Shown here: positions 59,520 through 64,000 of the stretch, piece after piece | Layout: each line of letters opens with the position of its first letter | Numbering within the stretch: position 1 is the stretch's first letter | DNA from: Neophaeotheca triangularis | Taxonomy: Eukaryota | Direction: 5' to 3' | DNA: 64,000 bases | NCBI GenBank assembly: GCA_054600435.1 | Contig: BAAIJX010000007.1 | Span: 310,001 to 374,000 of the forward strand | Program-made: the position numbers and the translations under genes | The notes under the pieces: model-generated | Database searches by the model: none | Told to the model about the DNA's origin: nothing | The model's input: the letters and a program-made list of their open reading frames with translations, nothing else

Positions 59520-60077
59520 ATGGTATGTTGCTCCAGACCCTCAAATGCAATAGAAAGAGAAATACTGATGAGTTTCTAGGCACCCGCAGCAACCGGCGGC
59601 AAGAAGCAAAAGAAGAAGTGGTCCAAGGGCAAGGGTACGATATCCCCCATCACCGCACATACGCACCACACCCATAGCCATTTCAATGATCAATGGCCCT
59701 ACAAAACCACGATCGCACAACTCTCGCAAGTGCACTGAGCTGACAGCACACTCCTCAAACAGTCAAGGACAAGGCCCAGCACGCCGTGGTCCTCGACAAG
59801 AACACGTCCGACAAGCTCCAGAAGGACGTCCAATCCTACCGTCTCATCACCGTCGCCGTCCTGGTCGATCGTCTAAAGATCAACGGCTCCCTCGCCCGCA
59901 AGGCGCTCCAAGACCTCGAGGAGAAGGGTCAGATCAAGAAGGTGGTTGCGCACAGCAAGTGTACCGTCTACAGTAAGTTCATGGGCACAAGGCTACTGCA
60001 GAATGCAAAGGCCTCCTTATGGTGTTTTGGATGGTGGCTAATACCCTTTCGCAGCCCGGGCAGTTGGCCAGGAGTAG
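59520..60077 (+). CDS. RPS25: 40S ribosomal protein S25 (eS25)
   Basis: M|APAATGGKKQKKKWSKGK|VKDKAQHAV...LVDRLKINGSLAR...Y|TRAVGQE*; 3 introns. Confidence 0.96.
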
Positions 60078-60377
60078 ATATGAGGTGATGGGTTGGGTGG
60101 TAAACGAGGCGTCATGATGGCTTTTTAGCGCACACGATACCATGTGCAGTCATTCGGCACATAGCTTTTGAATGCACAGCAACGTCCCACCAATTTACGA
60201 TTGGCTACTGTCTGTCGGCCGCATTCGCGACCAAGCGAGGAGCCGCAAATTTTGGAGTCTGATGTGTTTGACCCTGGTCCCTTGGACCCAGTCATTGGCT
60301 CGCCTTGGGACGATAAAACAATCAAGCCAGAAATCACCATCTGTTCGGCGAGAAAATTTTATCGGGTATCTTTTCGA

Positions 60378-61329
60378 CTACGACTTGCTTCTATATGCGG
60401 CTCCGGCATCCTGTGCTTTACCCTCCTTCCTCTGCTTCGGCCTCCCCTTCTCAGCCGGCTCGCAAAGATCTCTCTTGGGCAGCTTCTCCAACCATCCTTC
60501 TTCTCGCAGCACAGTACCAACCTCGAAATAGTCCTTTCCCTTCTCCCCTCTGAACAACTCTTGCCAGCCCGCAATCGTGTCCTTGACCTGCCTCTTCGCC
60601 TTTCTAACTTCCTGCTCTCTTATACTCTTCATCTCGCCCGTCACACCCGGTTCATGGAAGTGGGGCACGTCCTTGGGTATGTACGTCCATTCAGCGCCAC
60701 GCATATCCGGCGTCGAGTCTTCGGCGAAGCATCCCGTGATGAACCCTCGGGCTGCGTCTTTGCCTGCAAAAACGTGGTAGCTGCCGCCCGGACCGTAGGT
60801 CTGTCGCGCTGAGGAGACATCGTAAATTGTGCCGTTGAGGGCTAAATAGATTGGTTTGGAGGGATGACCGCCATCGTAGTTCAGTAGCTCGGTGTCGGTC
60901 AATCGAATGGGACCATGCTGTGATCGGCCGTCAGCATCTATCCTCACATCACAATTTGACGCCGATCAAACTCACCCACCACGCTTGTAAAGCCCTGGGG
61001 TTTGAGAACCAGGGCCGCCAACCCCAACTAACGCTCTCGTTCGTGACAAACCAGCTCATGAGACAGTTGAGCAGGAGCACACCGAACGCCAACCGGAGGA
61101 GGTCGGTCTTGCTCACTCCAGCTCCTCCGTCAGGTCCAGGTTGTTTATGTCGTTCTTGCCGTGATTCACCTCGCTGCGCTACGTCTCGAGTAGAGCCAAC
61201 ATGCTCATCCCGAAGGCCAGCAAGTGCTTCTTGTCCGCCGTCAAAGGCATACTCTCTACCCTGAGCGCGTCGACCATTTGCATTCCGAGCAGAGCCTGTC
61301 TTTCCTTCACCTTCAGTGCTTCCACCCAT
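60378..61329 (-). CDS. Membrane-associated cytochrome b5-like heme/steroid-binding protein (MAPR family)
   Basis: TM helix, then LT..EL..YDG....PIYLALNGTIYDVS....YGPGGSYHVFAGKDAARGF.TGCF. Intron 60918-60975. The only in-frame ATG is at 61329. Confidence 0.88.
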
Positions 61330-61775
61330 GCCTTCAAGCGCTTTTCTTTGCTATCAATTACGCGACCCCGGAGCTGTGACCTTCGACGCAGCAGAAGCTC
61401 GATCTGTTCCCAGGAAGGCGCCTCTAGTCCCAGCCGTGGCTCTTTTTTCGCTAGTGCTTCTTCGATCCGCTTGTCCACCTGGTTAATGGGTGTCGTTATT
61501 AGTCCTAGGTGCACTGAAGTTTCCTCCAGGCTTTGATACGTGAACAATAGAGTGGCGAACACTATCAATGCAGCTATGGTTTTGAAGTCTGAAGCGGGGC
61601 CATCGAATTGTTGCTCTTGCGCAGTTGAGTTATTCCCGTGTGGGTGCTGGCTTTGAGGAGCCGGTCGCTTGAAGAGCGGGCCTTTGGCGTATCGGCTAGT
61701 CGATCTGGTTTGACCTACGAGCTGCTGGAGGGTCTTGGGGGTTTGAGTATGGACCCGAGACAAGATACGCAGCAT
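61179..61775 (-). CDS. Hypothetical 198-aa protein with a mitochondrial-presequence-like N-terminus and one TM helix
   Basis: ATG in good context (aacATG); acid-free R/S/T/K-rich N-terminus; hydrophobic IAALIVFATLLFTY. Overlaps the 5' end of the b5 ORF. Confidence 0.5.
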   Translation of the reverse strand: MLRILSRVHTQTPKTLQQLVGQTRSTSRYAKGPLFKRPAPQSQHPHGNNSTAQEQQFDGPASDFKTIAALIVFATLLFTYQSLEETSVHLGLITTPINQVDKRIEEALAKKEPRLGLEAPSWEQIELLLRRRSQLRGRVIDSKEKRLKAWVEALKVKERQALLGMQMVDALRVESMPLTADKKHLLAFGMSMLALLET

Positions 61776-62328
61776 GTTTCGACTTTCGACAGGCCAGGCC
61801 AATGCTCAGTTCAGCTCGAGGCTGGATGGGGGCAAACAGCGACGGGGACGACAGAAGGTTCCGGCGCGGCTCGCCGCCGCGGGACTGCCCGCCACAAGTA
61901 CCATCTGGAACCCGTTCATTGGCCAGTGGCAAAGCGAAGAGCAAAGGCCTTGGCTTCCAAGCTTCCGGAGGCCGCGGACGCCGAAGCCTCTGTATGACGA
62001 TGTTGAGACCATCACGACTTAAGGTGCCTTCTAGGTATCTATCGCAGACATCCATCGACACAGCAAATGTAAGCACAGCTCGGCGTGGAACGTACTTCCC
62101 TTATAGCTCGTCTTATTACAACCAATTGGCATCCCGAATTCACGTTGCCAATGTTACCTGTCTTACTCCAGGCTCCAGTTCTCTTCCACGGGTTGCGCGC
62201 GCACCGAGCTGTAAACATGTCTCGCCATCGACTGGCTATTCTATAAAACTCTCTACAACAGCCGCTAAACAACTTAGCAGCACCAGGTTTGACAGCATTC
62301 GCTCTCGAAGATCCACTCTTCAGATAAA

Positions 62329-64000
62329 ATGGCGACCAAAGAGCGCAAGAGCTCTCAGTCCACCAGGAGCACTGCTGCTATGAGTAGAGAAACGCAGTCT
62401 TCCGGATTCAATAGCTACCTAGTGCGTATGGCTGTCTTTTATATCTATTCACTTTCTAACAAACCCTACAGAGAGTCTTTGGATATGCCGACTCCAAAAG
62501 TTGGCTGCTCTTTGCCGTTGCGTTGATAGCAGCAATAGGCGCAGGCGTACCCTTGCCTTTGATGGATCTCGTTTTTGGTCAATTCGTGACTGCCTTCAAT
62601 GACTTCGCTACAGGGAGTAGCAGTCCATCTCAATACATGTCTACCGTTACTGAGTACACGTGAGTCTTCTTTGTTCCACTGGCCACGATCACTTGCTAAC
62701 GTACCCTAAGATTATACTTCATCTATCTCTTCGTTGCCAAGTTCGCTTTGGTGTACATACACACGGTCTGTGTCTCCATCGCAGCCATTCGAGTGACCGA
62801 AGCCCTACGAATCGACTTTCTCAAGACTATGCTGCGACAGGAGATTGCGTTCTTCGACTCCAAGGACTCGGGTTCGCCCTCGGTAAAAGTCACTACAACG
62901 GCGAATCTCGTCAACCAAGGAATCTCGGAGAAGCTCAGTCTGACCATTCAAGGATTGTCGACATTTGTGACAGCCTTTATACTGGCCTTTGCCGTCCAGT
63001 GGAAGTTGACTCTCATCACAATTTCCATCGTTCCGACTATACTGGTCGTAACCGCCATAAGCGTTGGCATTGACGCAAAACAGGATGGTAAGATTCTCTC
63101 CATCTATTCGCAAGCAGGACTTTTAGCCGAAGAAGTGTTCGCAAGCATCACTACTGTTCATGCATTTTGGCTACAGCCAGTCATGCGCGGCAGATACGAC
63201 TCCCTTCTTGCCGAGGCCGAAAAGGTCGGAATGCGGAAATCCCCCAATTGGGCAGTCTTGTTCTCTGTTGAGTTCTTTTGCATCTACTCCGGCTATGGTC
63301 TGGCTTTTTGGCAAGGCATCAGGATGTACGCCAATCGCGAAATAGAAGAACCTGGGAAGGTCGTCACGTATGTATCCCCTCCCAGTCATCAATGCGGCCG
63401 TGTGAGCTGATTACGATCTGTAGTGTCATCTTTGCTGTCATCGTGGCGGCAACCGCTCTTACACAGCTAGCACCTCAGTTCTTGCAAGTCTCCAAAGCTA
63501 TATCAGCAGCCGGAGAGCTCTTCGAGACGATCGACAGAGTCTCTAATATAGACGCTCTGTCTGAGGATGGACATGTTCCCACACACTGCACGGGAGACAT
63601 CGAGGTGCAGAAGCTGGAGTTTGCTTATCCAGCACGGCCGGACGAGATGATTCTTCGGGGGCTAAATCTCAAGATACCTGCGGGAAAGACTACGGCCCTC
63701 GTCGGCGCGTCCGGGTCTGGAAAATCGACGATCATCGGTCTATTGGAGCGATGGTACGAACAGTCTGCCGGAAGCCTGCTGCTAGACGGCGTTGACATCC
63801 GCGAGCTCAACATCCAATGGCTGCGGACTCACGTTCGGCTCGTACAGCAAGAGCCCGTCCTCTTCAACGGCACCATCTTCGAGAACGTCGCTCACGGCTT
63901 AATCGGTACACCACTTGCTGAGCTACCTGATGATCAAAAGCGCGAACTTGTGGAGCGCGCTTGTCGAGATGCGTTTGCACATGATTTTGTCATGACCTTT
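62329..64000 (+). CDS. ABCB/MDR1-type ABC multidrug transporter (5' part; continues off the right edge)
   Basis: GAGVPLPLMDLVFG, LRQEIAFFD, GISEKL, FAVQWKLTLI, Walker A GASGSGKST and Q-loop VQQEP; 3 introns within the window. Confidence 0.93.

Noticed and set aside
59635..59762. Possible C/D snoRNA in RPS25 intron 2 (ATGATCA...CTGA)
   Set aside because: Box C is degenerate, the interval is too short, and I recognised no rRNA-complementary guide.

Overview
This is a gene-dense window from a filamentous ascomycete. Evidence: short GT-AG introns with CTRAY branch points and Pezizomycotina-type proteins; Dothideomycetes is an inference only. It holds about 27 protein-coding genes, mostly housekeeping: RPS18, RPS22, RPL17, RPS25, NOP1, TCTP, calcineurin B, URA3/pyrG, MIS12, CENP-X, ATG27, EBP and a QDE-1-like RdRP. 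It also has a pectin lyase, PhoD, a LaeA-like methyltransferase, a small cationic 6-Cys secreted protein, an HMG-box gene and the start of an ABCB/MDR transporter. Features the ORF track misses: (i) an snR44-type H/ACA snoRNA with both guide pockets intact in RPS22 intron 1; (ii) a 5'-truncated but structurally compensated 5S rRNA gene whose poly-T terminator abuts a 5'-truncated DUF917 pseudogene, a possible scar of a 5S-targeting mobile element; (iii) a decayed aldehyde-reductase pseudogene; (iv) two unusually long, hairpin-rich introns; (v) a ~1,900-aa gene whose frame stays open for 184 codons above its first ATG; (vi) a same-strand dual-frame gene overlap. No transposase, recombinase, tRNA or CRISPR array was recognised. 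All family assignments come from motif recognition by eye, not from database searches.
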